From the NCBI GenBank assembly GCA_902797055.1, contig CADBRT010000117.1, positions 4,249-68,248 of the forward strand: 64,000 nt of DNA, given 5' to 3'. Made by a program: the position numbers and the translations under genes. The notes beneath the pieces are model-generated. The model was not told the DNA's origin. It saw only the letters and a list, made by a program, of their open reading frames with translations, and ran no database searches. Shown in pieces: positions 28,873 through 38,534 of this stretch. Each line of letters opens with the position of its first letter. The first letter of the stretch is position 1. The stretch comes from an uncultured Spirochaetaceae bacterium (GTDB taxonomy: Bacteria; Spirochaetota; Spirochaetia; Treponematales; Treponemataceae).

Positions 28873-30780
28873 TCAACGGACATTGGACCCCGCCAGGTTC
28901 GGGACAATCGACTTATCCTTCAAAATCATCTCTTTGAGGTCGATGAACCGGCCTTTCTCATCGGTATGCGCAGTATTGTGACGAGCCACCTGCGCAATCC
29001 CCCTCATCTCGGCGAGGTTTTTGTAGCCGTGGATCTTCATGAATGCGCGCAGGCCGTTCTGAATATCGATTGCCACATGGGGGTTCGTGAACTTTGCCTG
29101 ACCGATTTCCACCGCGGCAGCCCCCGCCATGATGAATTCAACCGCATCCTGCCAGCAGCTTATGCCGCCGATGCCAACAACGGGAATGCGCTGTTCTTCC
29201 GGCAGCCGGTTGATCTCCTGCACAACGTCGTATACGATTCTCAGCGCAAGCGGTTTGAGCCCTGGTCCGCTGTAGCCTGCGTGGACATTGTTGAAGAACG
29301 GCTTTCCCCTCTCGATATCGATTGCCACACCGTGCACCATGTTTATGAGGCTGATGGCATCCGCCCCAGCCTTGATGCAGGCAAGGGCTATCGGACGGTT
29401 GTCAGGAGCGTTCGGGGAAAGTTTTACCATTAGCGGCTTTTTGGTAACGACGCGTACCGCAGACACACAGTAATAGGCAGTCTCCGCGCTCAGTCCCCAA
29501 GCAAGCCCCGCAGCCTTTACATTCGGACAGCTGATGTTCAACTCTATCATGTCGCAGTCGGTCTTATCCAGCAGTTTCGCGCCTTCCACATAGGACTCAA
29601 TGTCGCTTCCCGCAAGATTTGCAATGACGACGGGTCCCAGGCCGAGCATTCCGGGCAGCAAATCGCGGATGAACGCAGGCACGCCGGGATTCTGCAAGCC
29701 GATGGAGTTCATATTGCCGCCGGCGACTTCCAGACTGCGCTCGCCGTGATTCCCCTCACGCGGTTCATACGTACAGCCTTTTGAGCAGATGCCGCCCCAT
29801 GCGGAGACATCGGACAAGCCGCGGAAGTTCTGCCCGAACGCGAATGTACCTGCGCTGGCAATGGTGGGATTCTTAAAATGCACGCCCGCAATATCCACGC
29901 TCAAATCCGCTTCTATGCCGGCATCCAGCGGCTTCCGGCGCGGTGCAGATTTCGGGAATGACAGCAGTCGGGAATCGAAGACCGGGCCATCCTTGCAGAC
30001 ACGTTTCAGACCTTCTTCCGTCTCTATAGTACAGCCCAGACAAGCACCGAGTCCGCACAGCATACGGTGTTCCATGCTGATGTAACACAACACCCCGCAC
30101 TCCTCCGCAACAGACTTCGCGTAGGCAAGCGCGGGTGCAGGCCCGCAGATATATATCACATCGTATCCAGCAGCTTTGACCGACTCTTTGGTAAAGACGG
30201 TGGGCAGCATACCTTTGGTACCGACAGAGCCATCATCAGTTGTAATCTGAAGGTTCGCTGCGTGGACATGCTCCAAGCCGTATGAACCGCTTTTGAAACA
30301 GGCATAGAAATCATACGAACCGTCCGGCAGTGTTGAAGCGAGGTTTGCCACAGGAGCCACTCCGATGCCAGCCCCTATGATGCAGACGTTTGATTTTCCT
30401 TCCGGAGCAGGCCAAGGCATCCCCAAAGGACCGGTTACCGTCATTTCATCGCCCGCTTTCAGATTGCACAGCTCCGTCGTCCCGGCTCCTTTCTGCAGAA
30501 TCATAAACTGCACCGTAACCGTCATTTTGCCGTCGGCATTCCGTTTCGACTCTGAATGATACACGCTGATAGGACGTCCGTAGTGCACCCCTGACTTCTT
30601 ACTCCGTATCAGGTAAAATTGCCCTGCCTGCGGCGAGACTTGACTGTCCCGTTCCAGCACCGTGCTGGTCTGAAGCAGGTACACATTCGGCTGCCCTTCT
30701 ACTAATCCACATTTTTCTACTCTAGTGGTTCCAAAGAAAAGCTTGCCTTTTCCGTTCTCATCTATCTCAGCTCTGTCCAT
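28873..30780 (-). CDS. Fused dihydroorotate dehydrogenase B: PyrK-like electron-transfer domain plus PyrD class-1B catalytic domain
   Basis: The N-terminal ~275 aa carry PyrK motifs: RPISV, GPLG, GAGIGVAP and the 2Fe-2S motif CGLGACLGC...CKDGPVF. The C-terminal ~330 aa carry PyrD motifs: FKNPTIASAGTF, LQNPGVPAF, ELNISCPNV, VKLSPN, GYSGPGLKP and VVGIGGI. Confidence 0.85.
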   Translation of the reverse strand: MDRAEIDENGKGKLFFGTTRVEKCGLVEGQPNVYLLQTSTVLERDSQVSPQAGQFYLIRSKKSGVHYGRPISVYHSESKRNADGKMTVTVQFMILQKGAGTTELCNLKAGDEMTVTGPLGMPWPAPEGKSNVCIIGAGIGVAPVANLASTLPDGSYDFYACFKSGSYGLEHVHAANLQITTDDGSVGTKGMLPTVFTKESVKAAGYDVIYICGPAPALAYAKSVAEECGVLCYISMEHRMLCGLGACLGCTIETEEGLKRVCKDGPVFDSRLLSFPKSAPRRKPLDAGIEADLSVDIAGVHFKNPTIASAGTFAFGQNFRGLSDVSAWGGICSKGCTYEPREGNHGERSLEVAGGNMNSIGLQNPGVPAFIRDLLPGMLGLGPVVIANLAGSDIESYVEGAKLLDKTDCDMIELNISCPNVKAAGLAWGLSAETAYYCVSAVRVVTKKPLMVKLSPNAPDNRPIALACIKAGADAISLINMVHGVAIDIERGKPFFNNVHAGYSGPGLKPLALRIVYDVVQEINRLPEEQRIPVVGIGGISCWQDAVEFIMAGAAAVEIGQAKFTNPHVAIDIQNGLRAFMKIHGYKNLAEMRGIAQVARHNTAHTDEKGRFIDLKEMILKDKSIVPNLAGSNVR

Positions 30781-30913
30781 CGTATTGTTACTCCTAGCTA
30801 ACTATATCATGTTTAAGCTAACATGAAAAGAGGTTCCGTATGGAGACAAAACGGCGGAAATACTATAGACTTGTGTCATAAAAGCTTGCAGCAGTACGAG
30901 GTCGTCTGCACCT

Positions 30914-32098
30914 ATGAAAAAATTGTTTAAAGTTATCGCCGATATCATAGCAGGAAAATACAACTTGCCGGTTTCCAAACAGAGCCAGGTAGGCGCTGTC
31001 GGAGTCGGGAGCAGTCTGTCTGTCGTCTGCCTCGTGATGAGCGCTATAAACATCCTTCAGAAAGAATACCTCATGGCAGGGACAACGTTCTTTCTGGCAG
31101 CAAGTTTTCTGCTAGTCGTAATCCTCTACAAGCGAAACAAGGAACAAATCGGCAATATGATGGCGCTGGCAGGGGTTGTGGTTCTGTTCACGTTCTATGC
31201 CCTTGGCGGCAGGAACGGCGGTTTTGCAATCCTGTGGATTCTTATCCTGCCGTTCTTTATGATGTGGTCGTTCAGCCTCAGGCTCGGTTTGTTCATAGAA
31301 CTGTATTTCCTCCTGTTGATACTCACAATGTTTTACACGCCGCTGCGAACCCATATGGCTATGTACTACACCGAAAACTTCATGAACCGCTTTCCCATCC
31401 TCTACATCGCCTGCATGATAATTTCACTGTTCGTCATGAAGGGATACTACACAAGCCAGCTTGCACAGCAGAACCACCAGAAGAAACTGGAACAGGCTGT
31501 CCTTGCAGAGCGCCAGAAGGTGACGGAAATCACCATGCAGACAATCTTTTCAATCAGCAATGCAGTAGATGCAAAGGATTCCTACACGAAACGGCATTCC
31601 AGCAGAGTCTCCATCTTTGCCGCTGATTTAGCGCGCGCCATAGGCTGGTCAGAGCAAGAGATTGCCAGAATCCGCTACATCGGACTGCTGCACGACATCG
31701 GAAAAATCGGAGTGCCGGACGCAGTACTGAACAAACCCGGCAGGCTCACCGATGAAGAATACGAGCTGATGAAACAGCACACCGTTTTCGGCGGAGAAAT
31801 CCTCAAAGACCTGTCGCTCGTGCCGGGAGTGGACATCGGTGCAAAGTACCACCATGAACGGTACGACGGGAAAGGCTATCCTACGGGGCTTTCCGGCACG
31901 AATATTCCGGTGGAAGCGCGCATCATCGGCATTGCCGACGCCTTTGACGCCATGAACTCAAACCGCGTTTACCGGAAAGCATGTAAAAAGGAATATATCA
32001 TTTCGGAGTTGGAACGTGGCCGGGGAACGCAGTTTGACCCCGACCTGACTGATGCATTCATCACAGTCGCAAAGGAACGGTATCTAACAGACGAATGA
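30914..32098 (+). CDS. Membrane-anchored HD-GYP domain protein (putative c-di-GMP phosphodiesterase)
   Basis: About 190 aa of hydrophobic helices, followed by HDIGKIGVPD and HHERYDGKGYP. Confidence 0.85.
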   Translation: MKKLFKVIADIIAGKYNLPVSKQSQVGAVGVGSSLSVVCLVMSAINILQKEYLMAGTTFFLAASFLLVVILYKRNKEQIGNMMALAGVVVLFTFYALGGRNGGFAILWILILPFFMMWSFSLRLGLFIELYFLLLILTMFYTPLRTHMAMYYTENFMNRFPILYIACMIISLFVMKGYYTSQLAQQNHQKKLEQAVLAERQKVTEITMQTIFSISNAVDAKDSYTKRHSSRVSIFAADLARAIGWSEQEIARIRYIGLLHDIGKIGVPDAVLNKPGRLTDEEYELMKQHTVFGGEILKDLSLVPGVDIGAKYHHERYDGKGYPTGLSGTNIPVEARIIGIADAFDAMNSNRVYRKACKKEYIISELERGRGTQFDPDLTDAFITVAKERYLTDE

Positions 32099-32132
32099 CG
32101 CTGTAATTATTGTATCTTTATACCAAAACCAC

Positions 32133-32161
32133 TTTACATTTATGCATAAAAAACGTATAGT
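32133..32161 (+). promoter_or_regulatory. Candidate promoter of opp operon 1 (TTTACA-N17-TATAGT)
   Basis: TTTACA at 32133-32138, a 17-nt spacer, and TATAGT at 32156-32161. Based on the sequence pattern only. Confidence 0.3.
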
Positions 32162-32173
32162 TATGCGCAAACG

Positions 32174-32214
32174 AAGGAGTTGGCTGCTCGAAGCGGCTCA
32201 GCTCCTTTTTTTTT
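32174..32214 (+). terminator. Strong intrinsic terminator/attenuator immediately upstream of the oppA-1 SD
   Basis: The stem is about 14 bp: AAGGAGTTG (32174-32182) pairs with CAGCTCCTT (32199-32207, with T32198 bulged), and GCTGC (32183-32187) pairs with GCGGC (32193-32197). The loop is TCGAA and a T9 run follows. GGAGG follows at 32215 and the ATG at 32228. Confidence 0.7.
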
Positions 32215-32227
32215 GGAGGTTATTTTT

Positions 32228-33910
32228 ATGAAAAGTCTGGCAAAAGGGGTTGCATGTGCACTGACAGCAGCCTCTCTAATAGCGTTTGCATCCTGCGGCG
32301 GAAAAAAAGATACAGCCGCAAGCGGTGCGGGCGCAAAGCCTGAAGCAACAGCTTCAAAGTCAGGAAGCAATGTCTTAAACGTCATGGTGGAAGTCGAAGT
32401 AGAAAGCCTTGATCCTCAGCAGGCTACCGATGGAACTTCTTTTGAAGTAATCGCCGACTTCACTGACGGTCTCAAGCAGATGAACGCCGACGGCTCAACA
32501 GCAAACGCCCTGTGCGAAAGCGAGACAATTTCCCCAGACGGACTTACATACACATTCAAACTCCGCGACGCAAAATGGTCAAACGGAGACCCCGTCACCG
32601 CAGATGACTTCGTATTCGGTTGGCAGCGCGCTGTCGATCCGAAGATTGCATCTGAATATTCCTACATGCTCAGCGATGTCGGACAGGTCAAGAACGCTGC
32701 AAAGATTATTGCCGGCGAACTCCCTGTCGAACAGCTCGGAATCAAGGCTGTCGACGCAAAGACACTTGAAGTAACCCTTGAGTCTCCTGTCTCATTCTTT
32801 GAAAAGATTCTGTACTTCCCGACATTCTATCCGGTGAACCGCGCATTCTGCGAGAAATGCGGTGACTCCTACGCAACCAGCGCAGACACCGTTTTGTCAA
32901 ACGGCGCGTTCATTCTCACCGACTACCAGCCGGCTGCATTGAGCTTCACCCTTAAAAAGAACCCCGATTACTGGGACGCTTCCCGCATCAAGCTTGACGG
33001 CTTGAACTATCAGGTCCTCAAGGACAGCCAGCAGGCTTTGATGAGCTACCAGAACGGAGACCTCGACCTGATTCTCGTCGCAGGTGACCAGGTAGACCAG
33101 GTAAAGGACGACCCGGAATTCCGCACCGTCGGTGCAGGATATCTGTGGTACATCAGCCCAATGATGAAGAACGTTCCTGCGCTTGCAAACCTCAACTTGC
33201 GCTATGCACTCACCTACGCGCTCAACCGCAAGTCAATCGTTGAAGACGTTGTCAAAGACGGCTCACTTGCAACATACACTGCAGTTCCTTCCCAGTACGC
33301 TTTCTCTGATGAAGGAAAAGACTTCACTCCGAAACAGGACGAATTTCCTGAGTACTGCGCAGACGACGCGGCAAAGGCCAAGTCATACTACGAAAAGGCA
33401 AAAGCAGAACTCGGAAAGAATTCTTTCAAGTTTGAGATGATTGTTGATGACACTGTCGTTCAGCAGAATGTTGCAGCAGTTATCAAGGAACAGCTTGAGT
33501 CAACACTGCCGGGACTCACCATCGACCTCCGCGTTGAACCGAAGAAGCAGCGCGTTCAGGATATGCAGGACGGAACCTTCGAGCTTGGACTCACACGCTG
33601 GGGTCCTGACTATGCCGACCCGATGACCTACCTGGGTATGTGGGTAACAAACAATCCGAACAACTACGGATTCTGGAGCAACAAAAAATTCGACAGCACC
33701 ATTGAAAAATGCGTCACAGGAGAATTTGCACAGAAACCTGCAGAGCGCTGGGCTGCCCTCAAGGATGCCGAAAAGTACGTCATGCAGGACGCTGTCATCT
33801 TCCCGATATACCAGCAGAGCAACGCGCTCATGGTAAAGTCTGCTATCAAAGGCGTTGAATATCACGCTGTAGCTTTGAACCGCGTATTTAAGAACGCAAC
33901 AAAGAACTAA
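32228..33910 (+). CDS. Peptide ABC transporter substrate-binding lipoprotein (Opp/Dpp family 5), operon 1
   Basis: Lipoprotein signal MKSLAKGVACALTAASLIAFASCGG. 560 aa. It is the first gene of a five-gene Opp/Dpp-type operon. The start is placed at ATG 32228. Confidence 0.9.
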   Translation: MKSLAKGVACALTAASLIAFASCGGKKDTAASGAGAKPEATASKSGSNVLNVMVEVEVESLDPQQATDGTSFEVIADFTDGLKQMNADGSTANALCESETISPDGLTYTFKLRDAKWSNGDPVTADDFVFGWQRAVDPKIASEYSYMLSDVGQVKNAAKIIAGELPVEQLGIKAVDAKTLEVTLESPVSFFEKILYFPTFYPVNRAFCEKCGDSYATSADTVLSNGAFILTDYQPAALSFTLKKNPDYWDASRIKLDGLNYQVLKDSQQALMSYQNGDLDLILVAGDQVDQVKDDPEFRTVGAGYLWYISPMMKNVPALANLNLRYALTYALNRKSIVEDVVKDGSLATYTAVPSQYAFSDEGKDFTPKQDEFPEYCADDAAKAKSYYEKAKAELGKNSFKFEMIVDDTVVQQNVAAVIKEQLESTLPGLTIDLRVEPKKQRVQDMQDGTFELGLTRWGPDYADPMTYLGMWVTNNPNNYGFWSNKKFDSTIEKCVTGEFAQKPAERWAALKDAEKYVMQDAVIFPIYQQSNALMVKSAIKGVEYHAVALNRVFKNATKN

Positions 33911-33939
33911 AACAGTTTTCCAAAAGGAAAAGTCGGTTG

Positions 33940-33964
33940 CTTCCCCGCTGACAAAGCGGGGAGG
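33940..33964 (+). promoter_or_regulatory. Post-SBP hairpin (partial terminator or mRNA stabiliser)
   Basis: CTTCCCCGC-TGACAAA-GCGGGGAGG, without a good T-run. It lies between the SBP gene and the first permease gene. Confidence 0.45.
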
Positions 33965-33993
33965 CTTCATTTATATACAACCGGATTTGCATT

Positions 33994-34932
33994 TTGAAAA
34001 AATACATACTGAAACGCATCCTGATTTCTCTTTTTACGCTGCTTGTAATAACCCTTGTTCTTTTTATCCTCCTGCAACTCATGCCGGGTTCGCCGTTCAA
34101 CGATGAAAAGCTGACAGACGAACAGAGAGCCGCTCTCTACGCAAAATACGGACTGGACAAACCTCTTATTGTACAGTTCTTCAAATATGTCACCAGAATC
34201 TTTCAGGGAGATTTCGGAGTAAGCTACAAGATTTCCAAAAACACACCCATTTCGACACTGATTGCACAGCGCCTCCCCGTCAGCATCCGCATCGGAGGAC
34301 AGGCAGTTTTCATCGGTGCTGTCATAGGGCTTGTTCTGGGAGTTGTTGCAGCCGTCTGGTCACACACAATCTGGGACACACTCTCGACGGTCATATCCGT
34401 ACTCGGGGTGTCAATTCCAAGCTACGTGTTCGCGCTCGGACTCAGCTACCAGCTGGGCTTCAAGATGAGACTGTTCCCCATGCTGTATTCGAACACAAAA
34501 GTGCTCGCTTCCAGTGTGCTGCCGAGCATAGCGCTCTGCATGTTCACGCTCGCTTCTATTGCACGCTTTACCAGAACCGAAATGATAGAAGCGCTCGGTT
34601 CGGAGTATATTCAGCTAGCGGAAAGCAAAGGCATCTACGGTTTCCGCCTCATCTGGAAACACGCGCTCCGCAACACACTCATCCCGATTATCACTGTTCT
34701 GGCACCACTTATCGTCGACCTGATGACAGGATCCCTCGTCGTCGAAAAGATTTTCGCCATACCGGGAGTCGGTTCGCTCCTCGTTACAGCAATCCAGTCA
34801 AACGACTACAACGTCGTCATATCACTGAGTTTCATATACAGCGCCATGTACATTGCAATCATGCTTGTCGTTGACCTTTTGTACGGCGTCATTGACCCAA
34901 GAATCAGAGTTTCGGAGGCCGTCCATGACTAA
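33994..34932 (+). CDS. Peptide ABC transporter permease (OppB/DppB type), operon 1
   Basis: 312 aa. The N-terminus MKKYILKRILISLFTLLVITLVLFILLQLMPGSPF is typical of OppB/DppB. Six TM segments. Confidence 0.9.
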   Translation: MKKYILKRILISLFTLLVITLVLFILLQLMPGSPFNDEKLTDEQRAALYAKYGLDKPLIVQFFKYVTRIFQGDFGVSYKISKNTPISTLIAQRLPVSIRIGGQAVFIGAVIGLVLGVVAAVWSHTIWDTLSTVISVLGVSIPSYVFALGLSYQLGFKMRLFPMLYSNTKVLASSVLPSIALCMFTLASIARFTRTEMIEALGSEYIQLAESKGIYGFRLIWKHALRNTLIPIITVLAPLIVDLMTGSLVVEKIFAIPGVGSLLVTAIQSNDYNVVISLSFIYSAMYIAIMLVVDLLYGVIDPRIRVSEAVHD

Positions 34933-35953
34933 TACCTTTCAAGAGAATGATTTTGAACTCCGCCCGGCCACAGATGACATTTCTGTTGACTCAAACTTCT
35001 CGTCCCTCGGCTACTGGAGCGAAGTCCGCAAACGGTTCTTTGCAAACAAAGGCGCTGTCGTTGCGAGCATCTGCATTATAGCAATCGTCTTGCTCGCCTT
35101 TCTTGGCCCCAAGATGAACCACTACACCTATTCGGAGCAGAACCTCGCACAGAAGAACTACGCCCCCCGCATTCCGGGTCTTGAAAAGCTTGGCATCTTC
35201 AAGGGCGACGAAACCATGAAGACCACGACTGGCAGCCGCACCGTCAACCTGTACCAGCAGAAAGGCGACACCGACGTGTATTACTGGTTCGGCTCCGACA
35301 CCTTGGGCAGAGACATCTGGACACGCACCTGGATGGGAACTCGGGTTTCATTGTACATTTCCATCATTGCGGTTTTGATCGACATGATAATCGGCTTGAG
35401 CTACGGTCTGATTTCCGGCTACTTCGGCGGCATGACGGACTCACTCATGCAGCGCTGTGCCGAAATCGTAAACGGTATACCCCGTCTGGTCATCGTAACG
35501 CTCTTAATGCTCGTCTTAAAGCCGGGCATCGTCACCATCATCTTTGCACTGATGATAACCGAGTGGATAGGCATGAGCCGCATTGCACGAGCTGAAATGC
35601 TGAACCTCAAGGAACGCGAATTCGTCCTCGCCAGCCGCACGCTGGGGGCAAGCAATTTTGCAATCATCTTCCACGAAATATTGCCGAACATCATCGGACA
35701 GGTTATCACACAGACAATGTTCTCCATTCCGACTGCCATCTTCACTGAAGCATTCCTTTCATTCGTCGGTCTGGGCATACCGGTTCCGCAGTGTTCGCTC
35801 GGTTCGCTCATCAGCGACGCGTTCAACAGCTTTACCACACACCCCTACCAGATTGTTCCTTCAATCGTGGTGCTTGCAATCCTCATGCTCAGTTTCAACA
35901 TTCTTGCAGACGGACTGCGTGAAGCCTTAGACCCAAAGCTGAAGGAGGCGTAA
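34925..35953 (+). CDS. Peptide ABC transporter permease (OppC/DppC type), operon 1
   Basis: The start is placed at ATG 34925 (MTNTFQ), overlapping the upstream stop by 8 nt. OppC-like segments GSDTLGRDIWTR and EFVLASRTLGAS. Confidence 0.9.
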   Translation: MTNTFQENDFELRPATDDISVDSNFSSLGYWSEVRKRFFANKGAVVASICIIAIVLLAFLGPKMNHYTYSEQNLAQKNYAPRIPGLEKLGIFKGDETMKTTTGSRTVNLYQQKGDTDVYYWFGSDTLGRDIWTRTWMGTRVSLYISIIAVLIDMIIGLSYGLISGYFGGMTDSLMQRCAEIVNGIPRLVIVTLLMLVLKPGIVTIIFALMITEWIGMSRIARAEMLNLKEREFVLASRTLGASNFAIIFHEILPNIIGQVITQTMFSIPTAIFTEAFLSFVGLGIPVPQCSLGSLISDAFNSFTTHPYQIVPSIVVLAILMLSFNILADGLREALDPKLKEA

Positions 35954-35955
35954 CC

Positions 35956-37038
35956 ATGGAAGAACAGGACATCATTCTTTCTGTCAAGGATTTGTCAATC
36001 TCATTTAAAACAACCGCGGGAATCGTAAACGCAATCCGCGGAGTGAATATGGACTTGCAGCGCGGACAGACAATCGCCATTGTTGGGGAATCCGGCTCAG
36101 GAAAATCAGTCACAACCAAAGCCGTCATGGGCATTCTCGCAAAGAACTCCATTGTCAACAGCGGCAGCATTACCTACACGTCACGCCTTGAGGGAGAGCG
36201 GGAAAAGCAGTACAGCATTCTGGATATGAAGGAAAAGGAAATCCGCAATGAAATAAACGGCAAGCGGATAGCCATGGTGTTCCAGGACCCCATGACAAGC
36301 CTAGACCCGACCATGACAATCGGCGCGCAGATAATGGAAGGCATTATCTACCACAACCACACACCCAAAAAACTGGCATTTCTGAAAGCGATGCGCCTTT
36401 TGAATGAAGTCGGCATCACCGATGCCAAAAACAGAATGAAGAACTATCCGCACCAGCTTTCCGGAGGCATGAGACAGCGAATCGTCATTGCCATTGCGCT
36501 TGCCTGCAACCCGGAACTGCTTATCTGCGACGAGCCGACCACCGCCCTTGACGTTACCATACAGGCAAGGATTCTGGACTTGATACGCAAGATACAGAAG
36601 GAGCGCAACCTGTCTGTCATCTTCATCACACACAACTTCGGTGTCGTCGCAAAGGTTGCCGACTACATACAGGTTATGTATGCAGGAAAGATTGTGGAGC
36701 GCGGAACTGCAGATGAAATATTCTTTGACCCACGCCACCCGTACACGTGGGGTCTTCTTTCCGCCATGCCGGATTTGGATACAACGAACGAAAGGCTCTA
36801 TACCATTCCAGGGTCTCCGCCAAACCTGCTGCACCCAGTCGCGGGAGACGCGTTCTACCCGCGCAACAGGTACGCACTCAACATCGACAGCCGTCTGGAG
36901 CCGCCTATGTTCCAAGTGACGGACACTCACTATGCAGCCACATGGCTTTTGGATGAACGCGCGCCGAAAGTCGAAATGCCGCAGGAACTGAAAGAGAGAA
37001 TTGAACAGATGAAACGGGAGGCCGCACATTATGAGTGA
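35956..37038 (+). CDS. Peptide ABC transporter ATP-binding protein (OppD/DppD type), operon 1
   Basis: Walker A GESGSGKS, signature LSGGMRQR, Walker B LLICDEPTTALD, and the C-terminal oligopeptide-transporter extension (HPYTWGLL). Confidence 0.9.
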   Translation: MEEQDIILSVKDLSISFKTTAGIVNAIRGVNMDLQRGQTIAIVGESGSGKSVTTKAVMGILAKNSIVNSGSITYTSRLEGEREKQYSILDMKEKEIRNEINGKRIAMVFQDPMTSLDPTMTIGAQIMEGIIYHNHTPKKLAFLKAMRLLNEVGITDAKNRMKNYPHQLSGGMRQRIVIAIALACNPELLICDEPTTALDVTIQARILDLIRKIQKERNLSVIFITHNFGVVAKVADYIQVMYAGKIVERGTADEIFFDPRHPYTWGLLSAMPDLDTTNERLYTIPGSPPNLLHPVAGDAFYPRNRYALNIDSRLEPPMFQVTDTHYAATWLLDERAPKVEMPQELKERIEQMKREAAHYE

Positions 37039-37972
37039 CATGAATGAAAAAAATACAAATCCGCTTCTGACAGTGGAAGGCCTCAGCCAGCATTTCAGAG
37101 TCTCCAGCCAGTACACCGTCAAAGCGGTGGAAAACGTCTCCTTCAACATATACCCCGGTGAGACATACGGACTTGTTGGTGAATCCGGCTCTGGCAAAAG
37201 CACCATAGGGCGGTCGGTCATCAGACTGTACAACCCGACGAACGGAAAAATTGTCTTTGACGGAGACGACATCTCCGGCAAGATGAGCGCCGCGACAAAA
37301 GAAAAGCTCCGCACCAATATGCAGATGATATTCCAGGATCCGATGGCTTCATTGAACCCACGCAAAAAAGTCGGGGAAATTATCGGCGAAGGTGTGGACA
37401 TTCACCACCTCGCCGCGACAAAAGCACAGCGGGAAGAAATGATACAGAAGATTCTTGCAAAAGTTGGTCTTGCACCGGAACACATCGACCGCTACCCGCA
37501 CCAGTTTTCGGGAGGACAGCGCCAGCGCGTCGGCATTGCCCGCGCGCTCATTCTGAACCCGAAGCTGATTATTGCAGACGAGTGTATCAGCGCGCTTGAC
37601 GTATCCATTCAAGCACAGGTCGTCAATCTGCTCAAAGACATACAAAAGGAGACTGGTGCTTCCTATCTCTTTATTGCGCATGATTTGAGCATGGTCAAAT
37701 ACATCAGCGACAGAATCGGCGTCTTGCACTTGGGGCACCTGCTTGAAACGGGAACCACCGATGAGATTTTCGCCCGACCCATCCACCCGTACACCAAGAG
37801 CCTCATGTCTGCTATTCCGCGTCCGAACCCTGTCGTCGAAAAGAACCGGGAAATACTGACCTATGACTACCGAAAAAGCGGCATTCACTACGAGCTCGGC
37901 ACACCGCACCACGTCTCCGGCGCCCATTACGTCACCTGTACCGACGACGAATTCGAAGCGTGGACAAGATAA
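37031..37972 (+). CDS. Peptide ABC transporter ATP-binding protein (OppF/DppF type), operon 1
   Basis: Walker [10 protein letters not shown], signature FSGGQRQR, Walker B IIADECISALD, and HPYTKSL. Confidence 0.9.
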   Translation: MSDMNEKNTNPLLTVEGLSQHFRVSSQYTVKAVENVSFNIYPGETYGLVGESGSGKSTIGRSVIRLYNPTNGKIVFDGDDISGKMSAATKEKLRTNMQMIFQDPMASLNPRKKVGEIIGEGVDIHHLAATKAQREEMIQKILAKVGLAPEHIDRYPHQFSGGQRQRVGIARALILNPKLIIADECISALDVSIQAQVVNLLKDIQKETGASYLFIAHDLSMVKYISDRIGVLHLGHLLETGTTDEIFARPIHPYTKSLMSAIPRPNPVVEKNREILTYDYRKSGIHYELGTPHHVSGAHYVTCTDDEFEAWTR

Positions 37973-38534
37973 AGAACTTCCCCTGTCGCGTCGTGCTTTC
38001 CGCGAAGCGGTCGGGGAAAAACTTCTTGCACAGAGGCATAAAAGCGGAGGGGGCAAAAATTATTGCCGAGTCATATAAAAAGTCATCTTCTTAACAAGTT
38101 GGTCAGTGACGCCAAGACTTGCCGATGAAGCATACAAAGCAACTGTTCCACTAGTAGTACTGAAATTCATACTTGCATTGCTGTAAACGGTACCGCCGCT
38201 ATACGCAGCGTTAAATCGCAAATCAAAAGTCAGACCGTCTCCATTTTGCATATCCTGCTCTGGCCGGCTATTTAAACGCGTTTGAAACGTCCATTGACGG
38301 AATGGCTATACCCTGTATTACAATAAAGATGCAAAGGAAAACAAATATCTCAAGGGAAAGACCATAAATCTCTCCGGCGGAGGAAAAGCGGTAGGAATTG
38401 CGATGGAAACACATAGGGAACACGCCCCCGACCACGCGCGGCAGGAGCAGGCTCACACCTCTGCCGCCACCAGCACAACGGCGGGCTGTGCAAAGCAGGG
38501 GAACCACGCCCCTGCGCCGCCCCCGGCAGGGCGG

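Noticed and set aside
33974-33988. 15-nt exact repeat TATACAACCGGATTT, also present at 39904-39918
   Set aside because: In 64 kb, one or two exact 15-mer coincidences are expected by chance. The match does not extend on either side, and the contexts are unrelated.
36301-37401. 366-aa ORF on the minus strand spanning the oppD/oppF junction
   Set aside because: It is entirely antisense to two ABC ATPase genes that carry unambiguous Walker/signature motifs. Its translation is low-complexity and Arg/Val/Cys-rich with no motif. It is a typical shadow ORF.
38060-38251. 63-aa minus-strand ORF (MQNGDGLTFDLRFNAAYSGG…)
   Set aside because: It has a weak ribosome-binding context and no recognisable motif, and it may be a gene fragment. 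The evidence is insufficient to call it a CDS.
38268-38507. 79-aa minus-strand ORF in the GC-rich spacer, in the same frame as the upstream lipoprotein gene
   Set aside because: Its N-terminal half is an Arg/Gly/Cys/Val string produced by GC-rich DNA, and it has no SD. It looks like chance openness or a decayed remnant. I kept it only as a note under the flank finding.
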